Assembly (NCBI GenBank): GCA_009780625.1 | Contig: WQZR01000003.1 | Span: 1 to 32,600, forward strand | Source: Bacillota bacterium | GTDB taxonomy: Bacteria > Bacillota > Clostridia > Christensenellales > UBA1242 | Direction: 5' to 3' | Length of the DNA stretch: 32,600 bases | Shown here: in pieces, positions 16,420 to 26,900 of the stretch | Layout: the number at the start of each line of letters is the position of its first letter | Numbering within the stretch: the first letter of the stretch is position 1 | Translations under genes and position numbers: made by a program | Notes under the pieces: model-generated | The model's input: only the letters and a program-made list of their open reading frames with translations | What the model was told of the DNA's origin: nothing | Databases searched by the model: none

Positions 16420-19400
16420 TATCGAACTTTCATCTTGTATCGTAGTCTAACGAAGAAGAATATTCCGGCAACAAGAAGAATCGACGCAACAACAATCAGC
16501 ACAACTGCAACGGTGTTGAGCGGTTCTCCAATGAACACCATGTTTCTCATAAGAATGAAACCTTCTGGAGTTACAACTTGAACGATGTATATGCTGTTGA
16601 ATGCCCCCAGATTTTCGATGTGTTCTGTTCGGTCTGGACTTTCTGAGTTAACTTCAACACGTTCAATAAGCACTCTTTCACCGCCTTGGTCAGGTTGTCT
16701 GAAAACTTCGATGAAAACTGTTCCATTTCTGTGGTATATGAAACTTGGGTTGAAGCTTATAGTGAACGGGTCGTTTGTTTTTGTTGCCCACGGTTGACTT
16801 GTTTGAATTAGAGGGTTTTCGTTTGAAATGAACACTCTGAATGTATATTCTGTGTTTGTTCTAAGGCTTGGCTCAGACGCTGTTCCGAACGATGCTCTAA
16901 CTGTGAAACTATATCTTCCGTCACTCAACATTCCGTTTCTATCTGGAGTTCTGTCGAAACTTGAAAGTTGAATTTGATTTCTGTTGTGTGTGACTGCAAA
17001 CAACTCGTCTAGAATTGGTCTTCCAATTTCGTTAGGGTTTAGAGTTGCAAATCTTAGACCGCTTACAATTTCAACATTTGCTCTGCTTTGCATAAATGCA
17101 TAGTCAATTCCAAGTCTTGCAATTGATGGGTCTATGATGAAGAATGTATATCTTGTTTCTCTGTTTTGAACTGGAGGTGAAGCGTTTGGAACAGAGTAGG
17201 TTACTGTCAATTCATAGAACCCTGGTCTTGTTAGGTTTAGAATGTGAGGCTGAAGTTCTGATGACTCGAACGCTTCTTCGCCGTTTAGCATTGCTTTCAT
17301 AGAAATTGCACTAAATCTATGAGCATGAGTTGCTGTCAGACGAACAGAGTTTTCATACACCATGTTGCGAAGAGCTGCACCGTGTTCTGCGTTTGCAGAG
17401 TTGAAGTTTGTGCTTTCAGCTGAAAGCATTGCTTCTGTCAGAACATAGAATGCAATTTGAGTTGTTGTCACTCCGCCTGATGCAATTCTGTGAGTGTTTC
17501 CGGCAAGGTCTCTAAACACAAGTGTATACCTTCCTGGTTCAGACAGTCTAACTCTTGCAGAACCTGCAGAGTTAAGTTGAGAAACATCGCTTCTTCCAAC
17601 TGTTTGAACAAGTCTTCCTTCATAGTATATGTCATCAAAGTTCAGGTTTCCATAGAACGAAGATGTTGAGGCATCTGTGCTTCTTGAAGTGAAAGTGATA
17701 AGTGAGTGTGCTTGCGCTGGGTCTGTGTTTGTTATATCGTTTGTCGCTTGAATTGTTCTTCCAACACCAAAGTGGAATTCGTTAGGGTTTTCTCTGTTTA
17801 GACCGCTTAGAGTTGTTGTTGGTCTGATTACATAGATATCTGCAAACTGTCTAACTGTGCTGTCGCCAGTTGCAGTGATTTCGAAACGAAGACGTCTTAG
17901 GGCATCTGTTGGAAGCCCTTGCCCTGATGTTAGTGTGTGGAACAGTGAGAATGTGACGTTGTTTTGGTGAATTGGGTTTATTTGTATTGTTGGGTTTGTG
18001 TCGATTGTGAAGAACCTTGTGATGATTCTTGGGTTTTCATTCATGATAACCACTTCATCTCCAAATATTGGAGATGTTTCGATTCTGTTTCCTCGGCTAT
18101 CAATTGCCCAGAAAAGTCTTGCATCTTGTTCTTCGATGATGATTGTGTAGTTTCTTGTGAACCCAAGGTTTGAAGTGAAGGTTAGGTGATAGATGCTGTG
18201 AAGCCTTTCAAAAGGAGTTCCACTGCTGATTTGACCCATGTTTTGGTGAACACTTAGACCAGTGATTGGGTTTACTTGTTCTTCAACTGCGGTAAGTATG
18301 AAACCAAATGGGTTTCCAGGAGCTGTTTCATATGTAAGCCTTGCAAAGTGCGTAATCAACTCACCATCTGCTGTGAAACTTTGTTTTGCAACTGTTGTGT
18401 TTTCGCCACCGGCTGTCCAAGCTTCAAGCTCTGGGAATGTTGAGTCGTAAATCACTGGACCGATTGTTGTTGAGTTTTCAAGTATGGTTGAATTTAGAAG
18501 AATTCTGATTTCAATTCTCACATTCACTCTTTCGTTAAATGATATAACTCTAAGCCCTGTTCCAGCAGGGTCTACACTTGTTGTGAAGTTTGCTGGATTC
18601 ATTGTCACCCAACTTCCGCCAGTGATTAGGTTTCTTTCTTGAATTGTTACAGTGTGAAGTTGAGGGTTATATCTATATCTTAGGTTTTGAGTTGCATACA
18701 ACGGACCAGTAGGGTGAGGAACGTTGATTGCACCATCGAAGTGTTGGCGACTTGCTGTTAGGTTTGTGATTGCTTTTGTGTCGGTTCTGCCGAAGTTGTC
18801 TACATACCACAATCTATACACACCAGCAGTCAGTGTAAACCTTGCAACTTGACCTTGCTCGAATGCAATTGTTTGAGCAGGTGTTGAGTTGTCTGTCAAT
18901 ATAGGGTTAGGTTGACGGACGTTGTTTACATACCTATGAAGGGTGTGAGTGATTGTTGTGCTTGCATTGAATGCACTGCCAAGAATTCCAATAACAATTG
19001 GCTGACCCTCTGGGTTTACGTTGTCTATGTCTACAAATGCACCAGCAAAGTGGAAAATCACTCTTAGGTTTTGTTCTGGGTTGTTTCTGTTATGAATTGT
19101 AAGCGAATAACTTGAACCCGCAATTGTGTCAACTCTTCCAGTGCCTGTGAGTTGTTCTTGAATATATTCTTCTGCGTGTTTCATAACATCGTTTTTGTTC
19201 AGGTAGCCATGCGAGAAGAATGTTCTTGAATTTGTTGCTGTTGGAGTTGGATAGAATGGGTCTGTTCTGTCCATAACGGTAACCATAAACCATTTGTCTG
19301 GAGAACTTACGTTATTTACAACAAAGTTTCTGGTTGCATCTCCTGGTCTATAGATTGCGTTTACAACTCTTGGGGCAGGAGAGTGGGTTAGGTTTAAGGT

Positions 19401-22400
19401 TTGTTGTCTAGCTGCTGCACTTGTTGGAATTTCGTTATAGAACGAAACACTCATGCTTGGTCCGATTGTCGCTTCTTCTGGGTTTGGAACATAGATGAAG
19501 AACCCTCTAAAGTTTCCTGCCATATCTCTTTCTATAATTTCGAAGTTTGTTTCATCTGTCCAGTTATAGAATGTGAGAATTGACTGAAGTGTGTGTTGAG
19601 GACCGTATTGAATAAGTTTATAGTCTAGGTTGTTTGGGTCGAATATTGGGTGTCTGTCTAGATTGATTCCGTCAACCGCTGCAAGTGCTTCGAGGTCGTC
19701 GTCTGGAAGAATTGAGAATAGAGATAAATCGCGGTTTCCTGCGTTTGATTCTCTAACTTCTCTAATCCAGATTTGATAGCTGTCTAGACGTGGGCTATAT
19801 CTTTCTTCTAGTCTTTCAAGAGGACTGTTGTTTAGAATTACGTTGTTTGTTCTTGTATGCTCGAAGAAATGGCTTCTGTTTGCAACAAAGCTGTATGAAC
19901 GAAGCATAACTGCATCGTCTGTTTCTGAGTTTAGAACGCCTATAACATCTCTTGCAAAATGTTGTTCGTCTTCTCTAACAACAAGATGGTGCGTTGCATC
20001 TGCTCTGTTTAAGAACTCAAACAAGAATCTGTCTGTTTGCAGAAGTTTTGTAAGGTTGCCTTCTGGTCTTAGGTTGTCGATGATAAGAACATATCTTTCT
20101 TCACCGAAGCCTTCGCCCGTGCTTCTAACATAGTTATCTAGGTCGCCAGTGAAGCGAACAGTGATTGCAAAAACATCACCCTCTCTTGAGGCGTCTAGTT
20201 TAATGAAATAACGTCTTCTGTGATTGTCTCCGCCATGTGTTCCAAGTCCTTCTGAGTTTTCAATTTTTCTGAATTCAACAAGTGGGGTTACTGAAACTCC
20301 ATTGTGAAGAACTGTCACGTTATTCCAGTCTATTTGTGCTGAATATCTGTCTGCTGGGTCGTCAAAAGCAAACGAAACATATCTTTCTTCTGGTGTGTTT
20401 GGTGTTGGTCTGATTGCAACAACGCCATCTTCAACTTGACCGGTTGGAATTAGTTGATTGTTTAACACTTGATATAGAATTGGACCTTGGTCGTTAAGCC
20501 TTGGAGCTTCTGTTGTTGGGGTTCCATATTCTGAACCTTCGAAATATCTAGCTTGCGGACCAACTGGGTCTATTTCAAAAGCATATCTCATGCGGTTTGA
20601 AAGGAATGGTTCTCTTGCTATTGCGTGGTCGTCGTGGAAGGTTACGAAGTTTACGTCGACTCTGTCTCTAAGCAGAACCGCATACTCTGCAGCGATAAAC
20701 AGTCCACCATTTGTTGTGGATGTTGATTCTCTATATGAACCGTCTTCTTCGCCTATGATGCTGAAGATATCAACAACTTGATTGTTGCTTGAAAGTGGGG
20801 CAGAGGAGCTGTGAATCAAGGCTTCTCTTTCTCTTGGGTGCATGTTGTATGTGTTGAAACTTGTTATTCCAGAAGATAGTTGGATATTCAGGTCCAATTC
20901 TCCACCAATAACAATAAGTGAAAGAAGTTGTTTGATTCTTCTATCAATGCTTGTCAGTCTTTCAAGTTCAACTTGGTTTGAAGTTCTTGTTGCACCTTCG
21001 ATGTCTAGTTTAAGAACTTCAATAAAGTCTGCAATTGCTCTCATTGGATTGTTTAGGTAGTTTGGAGGGAGAACATAGTCTGTGTCTTCTTCAATTATGT
21101 GGAATACTGACGCAAAATATGAAGCAGTAACAACACCATATTTATTTGCAAGAACTTGCATTGCAACTGGAACGAAGTTTGTGTTAAGTTCGATGTTTGC
21201 TGCTTCCCACATATCTAGGTGAGAATATACGACTGCGTCTTGAAGAATCAGAACGTTGTCTTGTCCGATGCTTTGCGAAACATCAATAATTCTGCCTCTG
21301 TCGATTCCAAAAATCCAAATTCTTTCGATTTCATCTGTTTCGAAACCATCTATGTCTATAGGGCTTTCGAACTCTGGAGTGTATCTTCTTGAAACTGTGT
21401 AGCGACCTTCAAGGGTTTTTTCATCACTGCCTGGGTTTAGCATTGTGTCTGGAGTGGTCCATCTGCCTGCTCCAAGATAGTTTATGTGAAGTGTGTTTGA
21501 AACGCCAAATTCTGGTGTTCCGATGCTGTATAGAGCTGCTGGCTCTCCAAGTTCAGCAAAGATTTGGTTGAATGTATAAGTTACAGTTTCAACTTCAAAT
21601 GGCTGCGGAACATCGTTAACTATGCCGCCTCCAAAATCTCTAACCCCAACGTGAGCTCTGTCTCTTGAAGTTGTTACGGTTGGACCTGCAAGGTCTGGGA
21701 ATCTTCCGCCTTGATACCATGCTGCGTTGTCTGTTTCCATTTGGCTTTCGATTCTAACGCCCGCAAGGTCGAAGTTGACATTGATTTGTCCTGCTGTTCC
21801 GTTGTGCCCGAAAACGTCTCTTGCACCAAATAGGAATGTTCCTTCGTTTTGTTTAACTTCAACAAGCCAGAAACCAGCATCACTTACTGACCTTCTGTGT
21901 GTGAAGCCTTGTCTATATACGATTGCCCAAACTGTTTCGCATTCTGGAGCGCACACTGAACCGATGCAGTTTACTGTGCAATCCTTTTCTGGGTTTAGGT
22001 TTTCTGCAAGAAGATTATCTCTTGTGCTTGGAACAGTTCTTGCTGTTCCTGTTGCTCCACCAATACCAAAACCATATGCAAGACGAGTAGGGAGGTCTAG
22101 TGAGTTGAATTGGTTTGGCGAGTGCATGATTCTATATTCTTCTGCATCGTCGTCAAATCCAACTCCGATGTTTTTTGTGAGTAGATATGTCATGTCTGTT
22201 TCGTCGCTTATGTCTATGAAGGCTTCGAAATATCTAACTCCTTGAGTTTCTTCAACTGGCATAAAACTGCCGAGAGCGTTTCTTTTTAGAAGTGGGTTGT
22301 TTACCGCTGGGTCTTGATAGCCAACTGGTTTAACTCCGATGTTTGTTGTTATAAAATCATCGTCTCCAAGTTCTAGAGCTTTGTGTGTTCCCCAAATAAC

Positions 22401-25400
22401 GTTGTGAGTTGCAGGGGCATCTCCGCCTCTAAGGTTGACGCTTAGTGGGTTAGAAGGGTTGTCTGCGTCATGTTCGTCTAGAATGTCTTCTAGAATGATT
22501 GTGTTTGGTCTGATGTCTCTATCCAAAATGATGTAGTAATACGTCACGTTGCCTGCAGTGTCTGTGATTCTGAAAACATATATTCCAGATGTTGCAAGAA
22601 TGCTTTGTGTTGTGTATGGAATAAAGTTTTGGCTTAGTTGTCTGTTCTCGAGCATAAAACGAGCCTGAACCCAAATTTCTTGATTTGCTTCTCTTGCCCA
22701 GTGTCCGTATCTTAGACTGTTGTTTGTTTCAAGACCTTGGCGTCCAAAAACAACGGCATTTAGCGCATCTTCGTGGTCTCCTGAAACAATTGAAAGGTCT
22801 TGGTTGATTGGCGTGAATGCAAATTCAACACCAACTGTTGCACCACTTGCTTTCACATCTTCGAAGTCGAACCAAACCATGTTGTTTGTCACGAATGTTT
22901 TGTCGTCGATTGCAGAAAAACGTCTTAGGAATTCTGTCCAACTTTGCTCTCTCCATCTATTTAGAGCCGTTTCGAATTCTGCATCAGATGCAAAAGATTC
23001 TCTCACTGGAGGTGTTGGAACTGTGTCTCCTCTGGTGTTTTGTTTTGGAGCGATAATAATTGGTTGGGTGTCAATATAGAAGTCAAAAGGAACAGTTGAA
23101 CCTTGAGTTCCAAACCTTGCGGTCAGAACATAGTGCCCGTTGTGTTGTGTGAACTGTCCGTTTTGAGGGAAGTTCTCCCGTGCTTGGCCAAGTGCTTCTT
23201 GGTCTGTCAGCCATGTTCTGCCCATAAGCGCTGCGTCTGGTGCAAAGAACATGCGTGTGAAGCGTCCATCAAACCAGCCATATTTTTCAAACATAGCTAG
23301 CCCTAGAGAGTTTCCAAATGTTGATTGATACCAAGCTTGAGTTCCTTCAACGTTCTGGAACATGTTGTGTGTTGGAACGTTTGTGTTGTTTGAGCCAAGT
23401 GCAATTTGTTGGAATGTGAAGTTTGGCGGAATGTCAAACACGCTGTGTTCCATGATGTCTATTCTTACAGTTTTGTTTGTGTGTGTTCCACTTGTGATTG
23501 GTCTCCAAGTAGCCGTTCCTTCAGATGGGTCTGTTTCTGCAGCATGGCGAACAGACACAGTCGGGTTCGTTGTGTTGATTTCGAAAGCAAACCATTGAGT
23601 TGATGCTTTTCTTCCCATCTCAACTCTGAAGTTGTTTAGGGTTAGGTTATAGATATGGCTGAATTCAATTCGAACAAGATATCTTCCAGTTTGTTCAAAC
23701 AGTCTGTCTCTTGTGAAACTTGATGTAAGAACTTCGGTTCTTCCAAATGGCATGAAATATATCTGGCTGTTTCTTGTGATTGTGCCAGCGTTTGCAAGGC
23801 TACCAACAAAATTGAAGTCAACTGGAGGTTGGTTTGTTGAAACAAGTCCTCCTGGAATTTCTCCACCAGTTGCGCCTGGTGTGTTTCCTGTTGTAAGTCT
23901 TGACATGATTGCATTGAATGTTGCAGGTGTGATGTTTCTTGGGTCAGGAATAGAAGGGAAGCCCCATTCGTTTGCTTGGTTGCCCCAGGTGTTTGGAAAA
24001 CTTGTGCCGTTGTTGTTTGGGTTTGGCATATACTCTGTTATGTTTGCGCCCTGTGTTTGTTGTTGTGTTCCAGCGTGAAGTCCGCTAGATGGGCTGTTTA
24101 GAAGGTTTGTAAGCGTAAATTGACCATTGACATGGTATAGAGGCAAATCTCTTGCAGTTGTTCTGTCGGTATACATCATTTCAAAACCAAAACTGCTAAG
24201 GTGAAGGAAACGCATATCTGCACCAGCAATCACTTGTGGGCGATATTCCATGCTTCCAGTTGATTGGTCGATAATAACTGTCTGATATTCGATTAGATAT
24301 GTTCCAACGTTTTCAAGACAGATTTCAAGTCTTTCACCGGTGTAGGTTGTTCGTGTTTCAACACGTTGCCCTGTAAGGTTTCCAAAACTGTCTCTTCTTT
24401 CACGAGTCACCAAAAGGTTGTTTGCAAATGGGGCAGGGGAAATTAGTTTGATTTCCCATCTAAAAATTTGCTCGAAACCTCTAAGGTCTATATGCGAAGT
24501 ATCGATTGTAACCCAGAAACGATTAGGGTCGAAACTTATTGTTGGTTTTTCTAGAGTTTGTCCATAGAACTGGTATGCAGAAAGTGCAAGCATTGGAGGG
24601 TCGTTTGCTTCAACGCCTGGAATGTCCATAACTCCAATTTTGTCTCCGCTGATATCTCTAGCTAGAGAAGCGCCGTTGATTGTTGGAGCTTTTCCATCTC
24701 CAAAGAAACTGCTTTCTAGAACAAGGTTAAAGTGGATTTGGAAACCATCGTTGTCGAAATTGTTTCCGTCGTGGTCTGCCATGATGTGCGCACCAATGGC
24801 AATTGTGTAGGCACCTTCTGGAAGGGTTGTGTGAGCAAGTGTTTCTCTTCTTATTCCAAGTTGTTGAATTGTTCCATCTCCGTTATAGACAATGTTGTCG
24901 TTAAGCATAATTCTGTTGTCGTTTAGAATCCATGTTGAGTCTGAACATGGCCCTGTTGCAATGTCTGTAAGAACAATGTCGTCATCAAGAGGATTTCCAA
25001 ATAGAAGAGATGTGACTGCAATAGCATTGTTTGCAAGTGAGAAACTGCTGACCTGTGTTGGTCTTTCTGCTGGGTTGAATACAATAACTGCGTCCCATGC
25101 ACCTCCAGCGATGTCTGAGTTCCAGAAAACCAGTTCGCCTTGATTGTTTATTGCAAAACGGTCTTGAACGCCACCAGTTGCAAATGAACCTTCTCCAACA
25201 CTGTGAACCGTGTTTGCTAGGTGTAGTTGGTCTGGCATAAGAACTGTTCTTCTTTCAGCACCAGAGAAAGGGTTTGCCATTGCAAGACCTTGTGGGTTTG
25301 TTGCTGGAATTGCATATGGAAGCATAAGGGAAATCATGAAGCCTTCTGCCTCTGTGTCGTCTTGAGCGTAGCTATAGTGAAGTAGGGGAGAGATTAGAGG

Positions 25401-26132
25401 AAAATCGTATCTGCCAGTTTGAATGCTTGGAGAAACAACCGAAACAGCAATTGGTGTTGTTCCTTCTTCATCTGAAAAACCAACAAGTCGTTGGCCAAAT
25501 TCACCAAAAGAAATATAAACTGCGTCTTTAACTTCGTGCCCCAAAACTCTTGGTGCTCTTGGGTTTGGAAGAAGATTTCTATTCGCATCTCTATCTAAGT
25601 TTGAAATCATAAAGAAGTTGTCTGCACCTGTTTCGAATTGAGCAGGTCTAGAACCAAATGTTGGTGCTCCACCAGGTGTTGCTGAAGGAATTTCGTATGA
25701 TACTCTGATGATTTCGTATTGCTCTCTGTAGGCATCTCTTTCTAGGTTTCTGTATTGAGTGTTTGGAACAACTGGACCGCCAGGAACGCGAATGATTGGG
25801 TTATCTCCACCGCTTGAAATTCTGAACCAGTTTAGATAATGCGGTTGTGGAAGCCCCATTGGTGTTCCGTCTGTTGGGTCGTAGTATTGCTTCATACCAA
25901 AACGTGCAAGGTTTGTGTTTGCACCAGTTGTTTCGGTGTTCATTCTAACCATTTGCGCCAAAAAAGTTCCAGTTGTTTGGTCTGTGCTTGGCGTGGTTGC
26001 AATTGCATCTCTTTTCATTGTTGGAACAAACGCAAAAACAGTACCTAAAGTGGCTGCTAGAACGATGACCATTAAACTAAAAACCCTTGAAATTCTTTTG
26101 CTTCTAAGGGTGGCTTTTTCTACGAAATTCAT
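16419..26132 (-). CDS. Giant (~3,240 aa) cell-surface protein with degenerate Ig-like domains, N-terminal signal/TM segment and C-terminal TM anchor
   Basis: Uninterrupted 9.7-kb ORF; N-terminal 'VFSLMVIVLAATLGTVFAFV'; repeated 'G.Y.....D.AGN'-type motifs; C-terminal TM followed by 'RLRYKMKVR'; no LPxTG. Start set at ATG 26132 (the track uses 26228). Confidence 0.85.
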   Translation of the reverse strand: MNFVEKATLRSKRISRVFSLMVIVLAATLGTVFAFVPTMKRDAIATTPSTDQTTGTFLAQMVRMNTETTGANTNLARFGMKQYYDPTDGTPMGLPQPHYLNWFRISSGGDNPIIRVPGGPVVPNTQYRNLERDAYREQYEIIRVSYEIPSATPGGAPTFGSRPAQFETGADNFFMISNLDRDANRNLLPNPRAPRVLGHEVKDAVYISFGEFGQRLVGFSDEEGTTPIAVSVVSPSIQTGRYDFPLISPLLHYSYAQDDTEAEGFMISLMLPYAIPATNPQGLAMANPFSGAERRTVLMPDQLHLANTVHSVGEGSFATGGVQDRFAINNQGELVFWNSDIAGGAWDAVIVFNPAERPTQVSSFSLANNAIAVTSLLFGNPLDDDIVLTDIATGPCSDSTWILNDNRIMLNDNIVYNGDGTIQQLGIRRETLAHTTLPEGAYTIAIGAHIMADHDGNNFDNDGFQIHFNLVLESSFFGDGKAPTINGASLARDISGDKIGVMDIPGVEANDPPMLALSAYQFYGQTLEKPTISFDPNRFWVTIDTSHIDLRGFEQIFRWEIKLISPAPFANNLLVTRERRDSFGNLTGQRVETRTTYTGERLEICLENVGTYLIEYQTVIIDQSTGSMEYRPQVIAGADMRFLHLSSFGFEMMYTDRTTARDLPLYHVNGQFTLTNLLNSPSSGLHAGTQQQTQGANITEYMPNPNNNGTSFPNTWGNQANEWGFPSIPDPRNITPATFNAIMSRLTTGNTPGATGGEIPGGLVSTNQPPVDFNFVGSLANAGTITRNSQIYFMPFGRTEVLTSSFTRDRLFEQTGRYLVRIEFSHIYNLTLNNFRVEMGRKASTQWFAFEINTTNPTVSVRHAAETDPSEGTATWRPITSGTHTNKTVRIDIMEHSVFDIPPNFTFQQIALGSNNTNVPTHNMFQNVEGTQAWYQSTFGNSLGLAMFEKYGWFDGRFTRMFFAPDAALMGRTWLTDQEALGQARENFPQNGQFTQHNGHYVLTARFGTQGSTVPFDFYIDTQPIIIAPKQNTRGDTVPTPPVRESFASDAEFETALNRWREQSWTEFLRRFSAIDDKTFVTNNMVWFDFEDVKASGATVGVEFAFTPINQDLSIVSGDHEDALNAVVFGRQGLETNNSLRYGHWAREANQEIWVQARFMLENRQLSQNFIPYTTQSILATSGIYVFRITDTAGNVTYYYIILDRDIRPNTIILEDILDEHDADNPSNPLSVNLRGGDAPATHNVIWGTHKALELGDDDFITTNIGVKPVGYQDPAVNNPLLKRNALGSFMPVEETQGVRYFEAFIDISDETDMTYLLTKNIGVGFDDDAEEYRIMHSPNQFNSLDLPTRLAYGFGIGGATGTARTVPSTRDNLLAENLNPEKDCTVNCIGSVCAPECETVWAIVYRQGFTHRRSVSDAGFWLVEVKQNEGTFLFGARDVFGHNGTAGQINVNFDLAGVRIESQMETDNAAWYQGGRFPDLAGPTVTTSRDRAHVGVRDFGGGIVNDVPQPFEVETVTYTFNQIFAELGEPAALYSIGTPEFGVSNTLHINYLGAGRWTTPDTMLNPGSDEKTLEGRYTVSRRYTPEFESPIDIDGFETDEIERIWIFGIDRGRIIDVSQSIGQDNVLILQDAVVYSHLDMWEAANIELNTNFVPVAMQVLANKYGVVTASYFASVFHIIEEDTDYVLPPNYLNNPMRAIADFIEVLKLDIEGATRTSNQVELERLTSIDRRIKQLLSLIVIGGELDLNIQLSSGITSFNTYNMHPREREALIHSSSAPLSSNNQVVDIFSIIGEEDGSYRESTSTTNGGLFIAAEYAVLLRDRVDVNFVTFHDDHAIAREPFLSNRMRYAFEIDPVGPQARYFEGSEYGTPTTEAPRLNDQGPILYQVLNNQLIPTGQVEDGVVAIRPTPNTPEERYVSFAFDDPADRYSAQIDWNNVTVLHNGVSVTPLVEFRKIENSEGLGTHGGDNHRRRYFIKLDASREGDVFAITVRFTGDLDNYVRSTGEGFGEERYVLIIDNLRPEGNLTKLLQTDRFLFEFLNRADATHHLVVREDEQHFARDVIGVLNSETDDAVMLRSYSFVANRSHFFEHTRTNNVILNNSPLERLEERYSPRLDSYQIWIREVRESNAGNRDLSLFSILPDDDLEALAAVDGINLDRHPIFDPNNLDYKLIQYGPQHTLQSILTFYNWTDETNFEIIERDMAGNFRGFFIYVPNPEEATIGPSMSVSFYNEIPTSAAARQQTLNLTHSPAPRVVNAIYRPGDATRNFVVNNVSSPDKWFMVTVMDRTDPFYPTPTATNSRTFFSHGYLNKNDVMKHAEEYIQEQLTGTGRVDTIAGSSYSLTIHNRNNPEQNLRVIFHFAGAFVDIDNVNPEGQPIVIGILGSAFNASTTITHTLHRYVNNVRQPNPILTDNSTPAQTIAFEQGQVARFTLTAGVYRLWYVDNFGRTDTKAITNLTASRQHFDGAINVPHPTGPLYATQNLRYRYNPQLHTVTIQERNLITGGSWVTMNPANFTTSVDPAGTGLRVISFNERVNVRIEIRILLNSTILENSTTIGPVIYDSTFPELEAWTAGGENTTVAKQSFTADGELITHFARLTYETAPGNPFGFILTAVEEQVNPITGLSVHQNMGQISSGTPFERLHSIYHLTFTSNLGFTRNYTIIIEEQDARLFWAIDSRGNRIETSPIFGDEVVIMNENPRIITRFFTIDTNPTIQINPIHQNNVTFSLFHTLTSGQGLPTDALRRLRFEITATGDSTVRQFADIYVIRPTTTLSGLNRENPNEFHFGVGRTIQATNDITNTDPAQAHSLITFTSRSTDASTSSFYGNLNFDDIYYEGRLVQTVGRSDVSQLNSAGSARVRLSEPGRYTLVFRDLAGNTHRIASGGVTTTQIAFYVLTEAMLSAESTNFNSANAEHGAALRNMVYENSVRLTATHAHRFSAISMKAMLNGEEAFESSELQPHILNLTRPGFYELTVTYSVPNASPPVQNRETRYTFFIIDPSIARLGIDYAFMQSRANVEIVSGLRFATLNPNEIGRPILDELFAVTHNRNQIQLSSFDRTPDRNGMLSDGRYSFTVRASFGTASEPSLRTNTEYTFRVFISNENPLIQTSQPWATKTNDPFTISFNPSFIYHRNGTVFIEVFRQPDQGGERVLIERVEVNSESPDRTEHIENLGAFNSIYIVQVVTPEGFILMRNMVFIGEPLNTVAVVLIVVASILLVAGIFFFVRLRYKMKVR

Positions 26133-26308
26133 CTCTTTTTTTACCTTATTATATATCATTTTAATTGCTGTTGAAATTTTACCAATTTTACCCTTTTTAT
26201 TAAAATAAAAACTCCCGTTTTTCGACACTATTTTTCGTTCTTTTTGCTTATTTTAGTTTGAGGAAATGGAGTGGTTTATATGCAAAAAATATGTGTTATA
26301 ATCAAACC

Positions 26309-26863
26309 ATGAAAGAACAAAAAATTGATTTAGAAAAAGCACTATATTTTGCAAAAATAAAACACGAAGGTCAGACCAGACAAGGGGGAGAACCATATGT
26401 AACTCACCCTATTCGAGTGGCTGAAATAATCAAAGAAAACAAGGTTGGAGCGAAGTATCACGACGAACTTATTGCCGCAGCTCTTCTTCATGACACTATG
26501 GAAGACACCGAAACATCGTATCAAGAATTAAAGAGAAATTTTGGAGAAATGGTTGCTTCACTTGTTCTAGAACTGACAGACCCAAAGTATACACAGAGAT
26601 ATCTTGGCAAAAAAGAATATATGACCAAAAAGATGGGGCAGATGACGTCTTATGTTTTGACGCTTAAACTTGCTGACAGGCTTGATAATCTTAGAGACAT
26701 GAAGAATGCAACAGAAGAGTTTAGACAAAGACAACTTACAGACACGAGATATATTCTTGAAAACCTTGATGTTGAATATACAAACAGCCAACAAAAACTT
26801 GTTGCATTGGTTAGGGAAGAACTTGCAAAATATGAAGTGGGTGGCAAAGGCATTCACGCTTAA
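26309..26863 (+). CDS. HD domain small alarmone hydrolase, (p)ppGpp hydrolase/Mesh1-like
   Basis: 'H.GQ.R..GEPY..HP..VA', 'AALLHDT.EDT' and 'KLADRLDN.RD'; no synthetase domain. Confidence 0.88.
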   Translation: MKEQKIDLEKALYFAKIKHEGQTRQGGEPYVTHPIRVAEIIKENKVGAKYHDELIAAALLHDTMEDTETSYQELKRNFGEMVASLVLELTDPKYTQRYLGKKEYMTKKMGQMTSYVLTLKLADRLDNLRDMKNATEEFRQRQLTDTRYILENLDVEYTNSQQKLVALVREELAKYEVGGKGIHA

Positions 26864-26870
26864 TAGAATA

Positions 26871-26894
26871 AAAAAGACGCGGTTGCGTCTTTTT
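26871..26894. terminator. Bidirectional intrinsic terminator
   Basis: AAAAAGACGC-GGTT-GCGTCTTTTT between convergent genes. Confidence 0.88.
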
Positions 26895-26900
26895 GTTTTT

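Noticed and set aside
16183-16581. 132-aa plus-strand ORF from the track
   Set aside because: It starts right after a terminator, crosses another terminator, overlaps the giant gene antisense and has no RBS or recognisable motif.
16585-26208. Many short plus-strand ORFs opposite the giant gene (and similar antisense ORFs elsewhere)
   Set aside because: Shadow ORFs caused by codon bias of the real gene; no independent signals.
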